Of a stretch of DNA of 64,000 nucleotides, positions 1 through 8,869 are shown in pieces. Position 1 is the first letter of the stretch; each line of letters starts with the position of its first letter. A program made the position numbers and the translations under genes. The stretch lies in the NCBI GenBank assembly GCA_963813535.1, contig CAWEZH010000003.1, forward strand, positions 608,001 to 672,000, given 5' to 3'. The notes beneath the pieces are model-generated. The model had not been told where the DNA came from. It made no database searches and saw nothing but the letters and a program-made list of their open reading frames with translations. The stretch comes from an uncultured Chloroflexia bacterium. GTDB lineage: Bacteria; Chloroflexota; Limnocylindria; Limnocylindrales; CSP1-4.

Positions 1-13
1 GACGTGGGGATGG

Positions 14-556
14 GTGGCGCTCTGGACGATCATCGGCGTCCGCATCCATGACGCGATCTCGGGCTTCGCCGAGGCCGGCCGGATCCTCCGGGGAGGCGGT
101 CAGAACATCCAGGGCGCAGGAGCCCAGCTGGGCGACGCCCTCGGCGGGCTACCGCTGGTGGGTGCCGGTGTCGACGACCTGACGACCCAAACGTTCGCGA
201 CCGCCGGAGAGCCGTTCATCTACGTCGGCGGTGAGCTCGAGTCGCTCCTGCTCTTCATCGCGCGGTTGCTCGGCGTGCTCGTCGTCGCGGTGTTCCTGAT
301 CCCGTGGCTCGTCAGGTACGTGCCATGGCGTGCCCAACGGTTGGCCACCGTCCGGGCGGCGCACCAGGCCATCCGCCGGGCGCCCGTCGACGTGTCCGAT
401 GCCGCGATGCAGCGCAGCCTGGCGACGCGAGCGCTCAACCGGCTGTCGTACCCCGAGCTGCTCGAGCACACGTCCGACCCGTTCGGCGACTTCGCGGCCG
501 GCCACTTCGAGCGACTGGCACGGGCCGAGCTCGCCAGTGTCGGCCTGCGACGCTGA
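14..556 (+). CDS. Hypothetical membrane protein (5' end probably outside window)
   Basis: Two hydrophobic segments, GC3-biased codons; frame is open back to the window edge. Confidence 0.7.
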   Translation: MALWTIIGVRIHDAISGFAEAGRILRGGGQNIQGAGAQLGDALGGLPLVGAGVDDLTTQTFATAGEPFIYVGGELESLLLFIARLLGVLVVAVFLIPWLVRYVPWRAQRLATVRAAHQAIRRAPVDVSDAAMQRSLATRALNRLSYPELLEHTSDPFGDFAAGHFERLARAELASVGLRR

Positions 557-591
557 CGCCGTCGACCGGCAGTCTCCGCTAGCATCGCGTC

Positions 592-1356
592 GTGCCCACC
601 GTCGCCCGCTTCTCGATCGCACCAGTCAGGAGTCTCGGCCTCCAGCACCCGAGCGAGATCGACGTCACCGAGCTCGGTGTCGTCGAGGACCGGCGGTTCT
701 TCCTGACGAATGACGCCAATCGACTGATCGATCAGCTGATCGTCTTCAAGCTCGTGCAGGTCGCATCAAGGACGGACCCGGACGCGACCACGTTGTGGCT
801 TCGCTTCCCGGACGGGACCGTCGTCGACGCCCCTATCGAGCTCGGCGAGGCGGTCGAGACGCCCATCCACGGGCGCACCGGCGTCGGGCATCGCGTGGTC
901 GGACCGTGGGACGAGGCGCTCAGCGACTTCGTCGGCATGCCGATCCGGGTCATACGCTGCGATCGGCCCGGTGGCACGCGCAGTGGCAACCCGACCTCCA
1001 TCATCTCGGACGGATCACTCCGTGAGCTGGCGGCGCACGCCGGTGTGGATTCGGTCGACGGCCGGCGGTTCCGGATGCTGATCGACCTGGACGGTGCCGT
1101 GGCCCACGAAGAGGACGGCTGGATCGGCAAACGGATCGGCCTCGGCGAGGCGATCCTGCGCGTGACGAAGCACGATGCTCGGTGCGCGATGACGACGCAC
1201 GACCCCGAAACCGGCGAGCCCGACCTCGACACGCTCCGGACGTTGATCTCGTATCGCGGCCTGCGGGAGGGCAAGCACGCCGACTTCGGCGTCCTGGCCG
1301 ACGTCGATCAGCCCGGCCGGATCCGTGTCGGCGACGCGGTGACGTTGCTCGACTGA
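592..1356 (+). CDS. MOSC domain-containing protein (YcbX/mARC-like)
   Basis: N-terminal 'IAPVRSL..DRRF', 'RRFRMLI' and conserved Cys in 'ARCAMTTHDP'; leaderless TAGCAT 6 nt before GTG. Confidence 0.9.
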   Translation: MPTVARFSIAPVRSLGLQHPSEIDVTELGVVEDRRFFLTNDANRLIDQLIVFKLVQVASRTDPDATTLWLRFPDGTVVDAPIELGEAVETPIHGRTGVGHRVVGPWDEALSDFVGMPIRVIRCDRPGGTRSGNPTSIISDGSLRELAAHAGVDSVDGRRFRMLIDLDGAVAHEEDGWIGKRIGLGEAILRVTKHDARCAMTTHDPETGEPDLDTLRTLISYRGLREGKHADFGVLADVDQPGRIRVGDAVTLLD

Positions 1357-1853
1357 CCCCCGTATCGCCGCTCGAGGCGGCGGAGGGCGATCACCCAGAC
1401 CACAGCTGCGATCGCGACGAGCGGTGCGACTCGGATCGCCGACGCGACACCCATGCGGATGATCTCGCCGAGCGCGAGACCGGTGAACTCGGTGAATTCG
1501 GACACGGCGACCACGACGAAGACAGCGATCCCGGTCGACAGGGCCGCTGCGACCGGGGCGCCGATCGCCAGCGCGACGCCGACGACGACCGCGTCGACCC
1601 GCGAGCCGACCGCGGTGGGTGCCAATGCGGCACCGAGCAAAGCCAGGGCCGGCACCGCCATCAAGGCGATCGCGACGGGCACCGACCATGGTCGTCCGGC
1701 AGCCTCGGGAGCGACGATGCCGGCGATCGCCGTCACCCCGCCGAGCAGGACTGCAGCGAGCGCTGCCCCCCGTCGAGCCGTGCGGATGGACGCCAGCCGA
1801 TGACCCGTCGGATCGGGCCGCCAGTTCGGAGACCAGGGGTTCGCGGGACCCAT
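1308..1853 (-). CDS. Hypothetical membrane protein (about 4 TM)
   Basis: Four hydrophobic helices; TACTCT -10 box 6 nt before ATG 1853. Confidence 0.65.
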   Translation of the reverse strand: MGPANPWSPNWRPDPTGHRLASIRTARRGAALAAVLLGGVTAIAGIVAPEAAGRPWSVPVAIALMAVPALALLGAALAPTAVGSRVDAVVVGVALAIGAPVAAALSTGIAVFVVVAVSEFTEFTGLALGEIIRMGVASAIRVAPLVAIAAVVWVIALRRLERRYGGQSSNVTASPTRIRPG

Positions 1854-1946
1854 GGCCGGAGAGTACCTTCGTTCTGGGGGTTCGCGGTGCATACGGGCAC
1901 CAGAGGTTGATGCGTTGTCGCTGATGGCGGCCGGTACGATGCCCCG

Positions 1947-2756
1947 GTGAATCCGGCCCTACGGCTCGAGCGGACTGGTCCCGGTGGCGTGGTCGCGCAT
2001 GTCACGCTCGCGCGCCCCGACGTCCACAACGCCTTCGACGCATCCCTGATCGCCGAGTTGCTGTCGACCTTCATGGCCCTGGCGCGCGAGGACGAGTCGG
2101 CCCTCCGCGCTGTGGTGATCGCCGGCGACGGGCCCTCGTTCTGTGCCGGAGCGGACATCGCGTGGATGCGCGCGGCTATGGCACTCGATGTCGAAGGCAA
2201 CGAGCAGGACGCGATGGCGATGGCCGACATGTTCGAGACCATCGATGTCTGTCCGGTGCCGGTCATCGCACGGGTCCACGGTGCGGCCCTGGGTGGCGGC
2301 ATGGGGCTGTGCGCGGTCGCCGACCTGGTCATCGCCGAGAGCGGCACGAGGTTCGGGTTCACCGAGACGCGGCTCGGCATCCTGCCCGCCGTCATCGCCC
2401 CGTTCGTGATCGCCAAGATCGGCGAGACAAACGCTCGCGCCCTGTTCCCCGGTGGTCGCCGGTTCGATGCCGTGCGGGCACAGCGGATCGGGCTCGTCCA
2501 CGAGCTCGCCGAGGGCGAGGACGCGCTCGATTCCGCCGTCGAGTCGGCGGTGAGCGATGTCCTTGCCGCGGGACCGACGGCCGCTCGCGCGGCGAAGGCG
2601 ATCATCCGCGAGGTCCGCGGCCTCGGCCACGGATCGGCGAAGTGGCACACGGCGCGGGTCATCGCACGCCAGCGCGTCAGCGACGAGGCCCGCGAAGGCT
2701 TTGCGGCCTTCGCCGAGAAACGCCAGCCGGCGTGGCAGTCAGAGGTCGATGACTGA
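1947..2756 (+). CDS. liuC: Enoyl-CoA hydratase family, likely methylglutaconyl-CoA hydratase
   Basis: 'FCAGADI', 'HGAALGGGMGL', 'ETRLGILP'; clustered with biotin carboxylase and HMG-CoA lyase. Confidence 0.85.
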   Translation: MNPALRLERTGPGGVVAHVTLARPDVHNAFDASLIAELLSTFMALAREDESALRAVVIAGDGPSFCAGADIAWMRAAMALDVEGNEQDAMAMADMFETIDVCPVPVIARVHGAALGGGMGLCAVADLVIAESGTRFGFTETRLGILPAVIAPFVIAKIGETNARALFPGGRRFDAVRAQRIGLVHELAEGEDALDSAVESAVSDVLAAGPTAARAAKAIIREVRGLGHGSAKWHTARVIARQRVSDEAREGFAAFAEKRQPAWQSEVDD

Positions 2757-3261
2757 GCCTCGTGTCGCGTGCGTCGGTTGCGGCGGGCTGGTGCCGGACA
2801 TCGAGGGACCGGTCCACCGCTACATGCTCGCCGCACCCGGGTGCTGGGCGGCCTACACCTCGCTCTTGGGTAGCGTGCTCGCCGGCCTGACCGTGCCGGA
2901 ACCGCACCTGTCGCTGATGGTCGATGCCTACGCCGTCCAGCATCCGGGTGTGCCCAACCCGCAGGCGACGCAGTCGGTGTGGGTCCATCTCATCACGCTC
3001 CACATGGCCCTGGAACGTGGCTGGCCGCCGGCGAGGCTGGTCCAGATCAGACGCGTCGGTGCCGATTCCGCGGACGGCTGGCCGTGGTTGGAACCACCTC
3101 GGTCGATGGGTGACGTGACGGCCATCGACGTCGCCTCGAGCATGCCCGACACCGCCCCTCATCTCGTCCGCGAGTGGACCGATGGCGCGTGGGCAGCGTG
3201 GGATCGCCACCAAAACGCCGTACGCCAGCGCGCGATGGACCTGGTCGCGTTGTTCGGCTAG
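2749..3261 (+). CDS. DUF5946-like protein
   Basis: 'CxGCG', 'PGCWAAY', 'VDAYAVQHP', 'SVWVHLITL' motifs; start overlaps the previous stop. Confidence 0.75.
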   Translation: MTEPRVACVGCGGLVPDIEGPVHRYMLAAPGCWAAYTSLLGSVLAGLTVPEPHLSLMVDAYAVQHPGVPNPQATQSVWVHLITLHMALERGWPPARLVQIRRVGADSADGWPWLEPPRSMGDVTAIDVASSMPDTAPHLVREWTDGAWAAWDRHQNAVRQRAMDLVALFG

Positions 3262-3310
3262 TCGTCCGCCGCTAGTCGTACGCCGCGCCGTATGCGACAC
3301 TCGCGACGGA

Positions 3311-5293
3311 ATGGCCGAAGAACTGAGCCCAAGCGAGGTCGCGCGTCGGCTCGGAACGTCCACCCGCTCCGTCCAGCGTTGGATCGCCAACGGTCGACTC
3401 CCGGCTCGGCGTGTTGGAGGGCGCTGGCGTGTCGCGTTTGACGCGTTTGACGCACCAGAACGCCCACAGGAACGCCCAGCCGCCATCGCGAACGTCTTCA
3501 TCGCCAATCGTGGCGAGATCGCGGACCGCATCGCCCGTACGTGCGAGCGGCTGGGGATCATCGCCGTCGCTCCGCCGATCAGCGGCGACAACGCCGTCGA
3601 CCTGCTTGACCCCACTGCGGTCATCGCCGCCGCACGCGCTGCCGGCGCTGACGCGGTCCATCCGGGCTTCGGCTTCCTTGCCGAGAACGCCGATTTCGCC
3701 CAGTCGGTGATCGACGCCGGCCTCCGGTGGATCGGGCCGCCACCCTCTGCGATCCGCGCGATGGGCGACAAAGCGGCCGCGCGTCGCCTCGCAGCACGTC
3801 TCGGCGTACCGACGCCGGCCGGCTACGACGACGCCGACCAGGCCGACGGGATGCTTGCGGCAGCGGCCGAGCGGATCGGCGTGCCGCTCCTGATCAAACC
3901 CGCCGCAGGCGGTGGTGGGAAGGGGATGCGCACGGTCCGCGACCTCGCGCGACTGCCGAGCGAGATCGCGGCCGCTCGGCGCGAGGCGCATGCCGCGTTC
4001 GGCGACGATCGCCTCATCCTGGAGCGGCTCGTCGAGGGCGCCCGGCACGTCGAGATCCAGGTCCTCTTCGACCGACACGGCCACGGCGTGCACCTCGGGG
4101 AGCGTGACTGCTCGATCCAGCGTCGGCATCAGAAGGTCCTCGAGGAGGCGGGTTCACCGGCCGTCGATGCCCCGCTCCGGGAACGGATGGGCGCGGCCGC
4201 GCTGGCCCTCGCGACAGAGGTCGGCTACGAAAGCGCAGGCACCTGCGAGTTCCTGCTCGACGATCGTGGCGCGTTCACGTTCCTCGAGATGAACACTCGC
4301 CTCCAGGTCGAGCACCCGGTCACGGAGTTCGTGACCGGCCGCGACCTCGTCGCCGACCAGATCCGGATCGCCGGCGGCGAGCCGCTCGGGTTCGACCAGG
4401 GGGACGTGCGACGCGACGGTCACGCGATCGAGGTCCGCCTCTACGCCGAGGATGCCGAGCAGGGGTTCCTGCCCGCGACCGGCGAGGTCCATCGACTGCG
4501 CTGGCCGACGGGCGAGGGCATCCGCGTCGACGCGGGTGTCATGGCGGGCGATGCGGTCGGTGGCCGCTTCGACCCGATGCTCGCGAAGATCATCGCGCAC
4601 GGCCACGACCGGGACGACGCGCTGGATCGCCTGACCCGGGCCCTCGACGACACGCTGATCCTTGGGCTGACGACCAACCTGCGTTTCCTCCGATGGCTCG
4701 TCCGGGAACCCGTCATCCGCGAGGGGGCCGCGCGAACCGACACCCTCGACCGGATCTGGCCGCCCGACGACTGGGCACGCCGGACGCGGATCCCGGAGGC
4801 GGCGTGGTCGGCCGCGACCCGCCTGCTGCTGGGTGGCCGGACATCGGGCGACGGATTCCGCCTCAATGCCGCCCCGACAGCCCGAGTCACGGCCGGGGAG
4901 GAGACACAGACGATCCGACTGGTACCGGGCAGCGCCACGCTGCGCTCCGCGAGCGTCGTCGTCGGCGACACCGTCCACCTCGACATCGCCGGGCGCAGCG
5001 TCGCCTTCCGGATCTCACCACCGCCGGATGTCGACCGGGCCGCCAGCGCCGCAGCGGCCGCGCACGGATCGGGCCCGGCCGAGCTCGTCGCGCCCATGCC
5101 GGGCCAGGTGCTCTCCATCGGCGCACCAGTCGGCACGATCGTCGAGGTCGGCGACACCGTCGTGGTCCTCGAAGCCATGAAGATGGAGCACGCCGTGACG
5201 GCTCCGCGGACGGGTGTCATCCGCGATGTCTTCGTGGGGGCCGGCGACCAGGTGGCCCGCGGCCAGCCGCTCGCGGTGGTCGAGCCCGCCTGA
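3311..5293 (+). CDS. liuD: Acyl-CoA carboxylase alpha subunit (BC + BCCP, methylcrotonyl-CoA carboxylase-like) with N-terminal HTH_17/excisionase-like domain
   Basis: 'IANRGEIA', 'HPGFGFLAEN', 'GGGGKGM', 'EMNTRLQVEHPVTE', biotinylation motif 'EAMKM'; N-terminus 'LSPSEVARRLGTSTRSVQRWIANGRLPARRVGGRWRV'. Confidence 0.88.
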   Translation: MAEELSPSEVARRLGTSTRSVQRWIANGRLPARRVGGRWRVAFDAFDAPERPQERPAAIANVFIANRGEIADRIARTCERLGIIAVAPPISGDNAVDLLDPTAVIAAARAAGADAVHPGFGFLAENADFAQSVIDAGLRWIGPPPSAIRAMGDKAAARRLAARLGVPTPAGYDDADQADGMLAAAAERIGVPLLIKPAAGGGGKGMRTVRDLARLPSEIAAARREAHAAFGDDRLILERLVEGARHVEIQVLFDRHGHGVHLGERDCSIQRRHQKVLEEAGSPAVDAPLRERMGAAALALATEVGYESAGTCEFLLDDRGAFTFLEMNTRLQVEHPVTEFVTGRDLVADQIRIAGGEPLGFDQGDVRRDGHAIEVRLYAEDAEQGFLPATGEVHRLRWPTGEGIRVDAGVMAGDAVGGRFDPMLAKIIAHGHDRDDALDRLTRALDDTLILGLTTNLRFLRWLVREPVIREGAARTDTLDRIWPPDDWARRTRIPEAAWSAATRLLLGGRTSGDGFRLNAAPTARVTAGEETQTIRLVPGSATLRSASVVVGDTVHLDIAGRSVAFRISPPPDVDRAASAAAAAHGSGPAELVAPMPGQVLSIGAPVGTIVEVGDTVVVLEAMKMEHAVTAPRTGVIRDVFVGAGDQVARGQPLAVVEPA

Positions 5294-5317
5294 GGGGCGA
5301 CGCGGTACGCTTCGGCC

Positions 5318-5533
5318 ATGGCGAACGACGACAAGGGACGACCGCCTTCCGGCGGCACCACGAAGCTCCCGAAGACCCGAGCCGAGCTCCTCGCCCTGCA
5401 CCGCGAGACACGGGCGCGTCGGAATGCAGCGGCACACGGTAGCCCGGAGCACGTGGAGGCGATCGACCTGATCGGTCGCATCGAGATCGAGATCGCCCGC
5501 ATCGAGCGGGCGATGGATCCGCCCGTCGTCTGA
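5318..5533 (+). CDS. Small hypothetical helical protein
   Basis: 71 aa with good codon bias; TACGCT -10 box 6 nt upstream. Confidence 0.7.
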   Translation: MANDDKGRPPSGGTTKLPKTRAELLALHRETRARRNAAAHGSPEHVEAIDLIGRIEIEIARIERAMDPPVV

Positions 5534-5543
5534 CCTCCGGCCG

Positions 5544-6488
5544 ATGACCCCGAGACCCGGCGATGGTCGCGTCCGGATCTATGAGGTCGGGCCCCGCGAC
5601 GGGCTCCAGAACGAGTCGGTCGCGATACCGACCGACGTCAAGCTCCGCTTCATCGAGCTGCTGGTCGACGCCGGTCTGCGGGAGATCGAGGCGACGTCAT
5701 TCGTCTCGCCGCGGGCGATCCCCCAGCTGGCCGACGCCGACGACCTCGTCGCACGGCTGCCGCTCCGGCCAGGCGTTCGCTATCCGGTCCTGATCCCGAA
5801 CCAGCGCGGCCTCGCGCGGGCGGAGGCCGCCGGCGTTGACGCCATCGCGGTCTTCACCGCGGCGACGGACGCGTTCACACAGCACAACATCGGGATGACG
5901 GTCGACGAGTCGCTCGCAGCCTTCCAGCCCGTCCTGGCCAGGGCCGACGAGCTCGGCTGGTGGCGCCGCGCCTACGTCTCGACCGCCTTCGGATGCCCCT
6001 ACACCGGGCGGGTGGACCCACGGGACGCGGTCGCGGTCGCCGTCCGCCTCATGGCGCTCGGCGTCGACGAGATCTGCTTCGGCGACACCATCGGTGTCGG
6101 TGTGCCGGATCAGGTCGCCGAGCTGGTGGGACTCGTCGAGGCCGCTGGCATCCCGCCCGCCCGACAGGCCTACCACTTCCACGACACGCGGGGAACCGCG
6201 CTCGCCAACGTCGCGATGGGACTCGCAGCGGGCGTACGGACGTTCGACGCGTCGACCGGCGGAACCGGCGGCTGCCCGTATGCGCCGGGCGCGGCCGGCA
6301 ACCTCGCGACCGAGGACCTGGTCTACCTGCTCGATGCATCCGGCTACGAGCACGGAGTCGCCCTCGACGGTGTCCTGACCGCGGCACGCTTCATCGCCGA
6401 TGCCCTGGGCAAGCCTCTCGCGACGAAAGTCGGTCAGGCGGGTGGCTGGGACGGGGCGACAGGCCACGCGACCGGCCGCGGGGACTGA
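5544..6488 (+). CDS. hmgL: Hydroxymethylglutaryl-CoA lyase
   Basis: 'EVGPRDGLQNE', 'HFHDT', 'GGCPYAPGAAGNLATED'. Confidence 0.95.
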   Translation: MTPRPGDGRVRIYEVGPRDGLQNESVAIPTDVKLRFIELLVDAGLREIEATSFVSPRAIPQLADADDLVARLPLRPGVRYPVLIPNQRGLARAEAAGVDAIAVFTAATDAFTQHNIGMTVDESLAAFQPVLARADELGWWRRAYVSTAFGCPYTGRVDPRDAVAVAVRLMALGVDEICFGDTIGVGVPDQVAELVGLVEAAGIPPARQAYHFHDTRGTALANVAMGLAAGVRTFDASTGGTGGCPYAPGAAGNLATEDLVYLLDASGYEHGVALDGVLTAARFIADALGKPLATKVGQAGGWDGATGHATGRGD

Positions 6489-6551
6489 CGGCCGGCCGCC
6501 TGGTCGCGAACGGGGGGCCTGCTCCGGTGAACTTGCTATCCTCCGCCCACC

Positions 6552-7067
6552 ATGGACGGCGTCGTTCTCGTTCTGAACCAGAACTACGAGCCGCTCAACG
6601 TCTGCAATCTCCCGAGGGCCTTCCGTCTCCTCTTCGGTGAGAAGGCCGAGGTGATCGAGTACGACCACCAGATGATTCGGACGCCGCGGACGGAGTTCCG
6701 CGCGCCCTCGGTGATCCGGCTCCAGCACCTCATCAAGCGACCGCGACCCAGGGTCAAGCTGTCGCGGCGCGAGGTCTTCGCCCGCGATCGGCATACCTGT
6801 CAGTACTGCGGCCGGCAGACCCATGACCTCACGCTCGACCACGTGGTCCCCCGCCACCGTGGCGGTGGGCACAGCTGGGAGAACCTCGTGACCGCGTGCA
6901 AGTCGTGCAACCATCGCAAGGGCGGCAAGACGCTCGACGAGGCCCGGCTACGCCTCCAGCATGCCCCGTTCGAGCCGCGCAGCGACATCTATTCGCTCTT
7001 CACCCCGTACCTCTCGGACGACCGCAACGACGCATGGCGCACGTACCTGTTCCTGGGGAGGAACTGA
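6552..7067 (+). CDS. HNH endonuclease (widespread VLVLN-type)
   Basis: 'VLVLNQNYEPL', 'CQYCG', 'TLDHVVPRHRGG..WENLVTACKSCNHRKG'. Confidence 0.92.
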   Translation: MDGVVLVLNQNYEPLNVCNLPRAFRLLFGEKAEVIEYDHQMIRTPRTEFRAPSVIRLQHLIKRPRPRVKLSRREVFARDRHTCQYCGRQTHDLTLDHVVPRHRGGGHSWENLVTACKSCNHRKGGKTLDEARLRLQHAPFEPRSDIYSLFTPYLSDDRNDAWRTYLFLGRN

Positions 7068-8449
7068 CGCTCGACGCGGGTCCGTCTCCGGTCGATCCAT
7101 CTCCGGCGTTCCCCGCAGCCGTCCAGGAGCTGCTCGACGGGCTGTGGTCGGCCGGCCATGCCGCGTACGTCGTCGGCGGTTCGCTGCGCGACACGCTCGC
7201 CGGCCGCGTGCCGAAGGACTGGGACCTGGCCACGTCGGCGCTGCCCGAGGTGACCGCAGGTCTGTTCCCTGGCGCGGTCTACGAGAACGCGTTCGGCACG
7301 GTCGCGGTCCGCACCGCCGATCCCGAAGTCCAGGACGTCGAGATCACGACGTTCCGGTCCGACCACGACTACGCGGACTTCCGGCGTCCCCATCGGGTCG
7401 AGTTCAGCGACTCGATCGAGCTCGACCTCGCCCGGCGGGACTTCACCGTGAACGCCATCGCCTGGGGGGCCGAGCCGGGCGCCACGCCGCGGCTGGTCGA
7501 TCCGCACGGCGGGCGCGGCGACCTCGCGCGACGGACGCTCCGCGCGGTCGGCGACCCGGCGACGCGTTTCGGTGAGGACGCGCTCCGCATGCTTCGGGCC
7601 GCGCGGCTCTCGGCCACGCTCGACTTCACGATCGATCCGCCGACCTTCGAGGCGATGCGGGAGCAAGCGGAGCTCGTCCGACACCTCTCGGGCGAGAGGA
7701 TCGCTGCGGAGATGCGGCTGTTGCTGACGGCCGAGCGGCCATCGATCGGGCTCCGACCGCTTGCCGAGAGCGGACTGCTCGATCACATCGCGCCAGAGCT
7801 CGCATCGCAGCGAGGCGTTCCGCAGAACAAGGTCCCGGGCGAAGACCTTTGGGATCACACGGTCCGGTCGGTCGACGGCGCCGTGCTCGAACCGCCGCTG
7901 ATCCGGCTCGCGGCATTGCTCCACGACCTCGGCAAGCCATCCACGATGGCCGACGGACGGTTCGTCGGCCACGAGATCGTCGGCGCGGACATGGCCCGGG
8001 CACTGCTCGATCGCTGGCACTGGCCGACCGCGGAACGCGACCGGGTCGCCCGGCTCATCCGTCATCACATGTTCGGCTACGTGCCGAGCTGGTCGGACAC
8101 GGCCATCCGGCGGTTCATCGTGAAGGTGGGGACGGATGCCCTCGACGACCTGTTCCTCCTGCGCGAGGCGGACAACATCGGCTCGGGGCTGGCAGCCGAC
8201 GCCGGCGGTCTCGCCGAGTTCCGATCGCGCGTGGCGGGGCAGGTGGAGTCCGGGGCCGCCCTCGACCTGCGCGCCCTCGCCGTCGACGGCACCGACCTCA
8301 TGACCGAGTTCGGCTGGTCGCCCGGTCCGATCGTCGGCGAGACCCTGCAGCGGCTGCTCGATCGCGTCATCGGCGATCCGTCGCTCAACACCCGCGAACG
8401 CCTGCTGGCGGTCGCGCGGTCGATGGTCGCCGTCGAGCCCGGCTCGTGA
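7034..8449 (+). CDS. cca: CCA tRNA nucleotidyltransferase with HD domain (start uncertain: ATG 7034 or CTG 7064)
   Basis: 'VGGSLRD', 'DWDLAT', 'DLARRDFTVNA', 'EDALRMLR', 'ALLHDLGK'. Confidence 0.9.
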   Translation: MAHVPVPGEELTLDAGPSPVDPSPAFPAAVQELLDGLWSAGHAAYVVGGSLRDTLAGRVPKDWDLATSALPEVTAGLFPGAVYENAFGTVAVRTADPEVQDVEITTFRSDHDYADFRRPHRVEFSDSIELDLARRDFTVNAIAWGAEPGATPRLVDPHGGRGDLARRTLRAVGDPATRFGEDALRMLRAARLSATLDFTIDPPTFEAMREQAELVRHLSGERIAAEMRLLLTAERPSIGLRPLAESGLLDHIAPELASQRGVPQNKVPGEDLWDHTVRSVDGAVLEPPLIRLAALLHDLGKPSTMADGRFVGHEIVGADMARALLDRWHWPTAERDRVARLIRHHMFGYVPSWSDTAIRRFIVKVGTDALDDLFLLREADNIGSGLAADAGGLAEFRSRVAGQVESGAALDLRALAVDGTDLMTEFGWSPGPIVGETLQRLLDRVIGDPSLNTRERLLAVARSMVAVEPGS

Positions 8450-8859
8450 TCGAGCTGCTGCTCGAAGCCGAGCGGGCCATGTCGTTCGGTCGCCTCGACC
8501 GCGCCGAGGAGATCTATCGGCAGGTCGTCGCGTCCGACCCGCACAACTCGATCGCGGTCGTCGGACTGGCCCGAGTCGCGCTCGATCGCGGCGACGACCT
8601 GGCCTCCTATCGCCTCGCCCGCCAGGCCCTGGGCATCGACCCCGAGAACGACGCCGCGCGTCGGATGGCCGTCCGGCTCGAGGAGGTGCTCGCCACGCGC
8701 GGTCAGCCCGTGGACGACCCGATGCCGCAGGTGTCCGGAACACCTCCGCCGCCGTCGGCTCCGCCGGCTGCGCCGGATGCGCCGGCCCCAACACCTGCAG
8801 CCGCGGCACCCGTCCCGCCCCAGCGCCGGTCCATCATCGACCGACTGCGGCAACGCTAA
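8446..8859 (+). CDS. Tetratricopeptide repeat protein with Pro/Ala-rich tail
   Basis: TPR pattern 'AEEIYRQVVASDPHN..GLARVAL'; GTGA overlap with cca stop. Confidence 0.8.
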   Translation: MIELLLEAERAMSFGRLDRAEEIYRQVVASDPHNSIAVVGLARVALDRGDDLASYRLARQALGIDPENDAARRMAVRLEEVLATRGQPVDDPMPQVSGTPPPPSAPPAAPDAPAPTPAAAAPVPPQRRSIIDRLRQR

Positions 8860-8869
8860 GGTTCGCGGG

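Noticed and set aside
7064-7066. Obligate CTG start for the CCA-adding enzyme
   Set aside because: An in-frame ATG at 7034 is a plausible alternative, so a non-canonical start cannot be claimed.
6552-7067. HNH nuclease as a defence or mobile element
   Set aside because: It is the widespread stand-alone VLVLN-type HNH, embedded among housekeeping genes, with no methylase, repeats or cas genes nearby.
8740-8822. Low-complexity CCG-rich tract
   Set aside because: It is explained by the Pro/Ala linker of the TPR protein.
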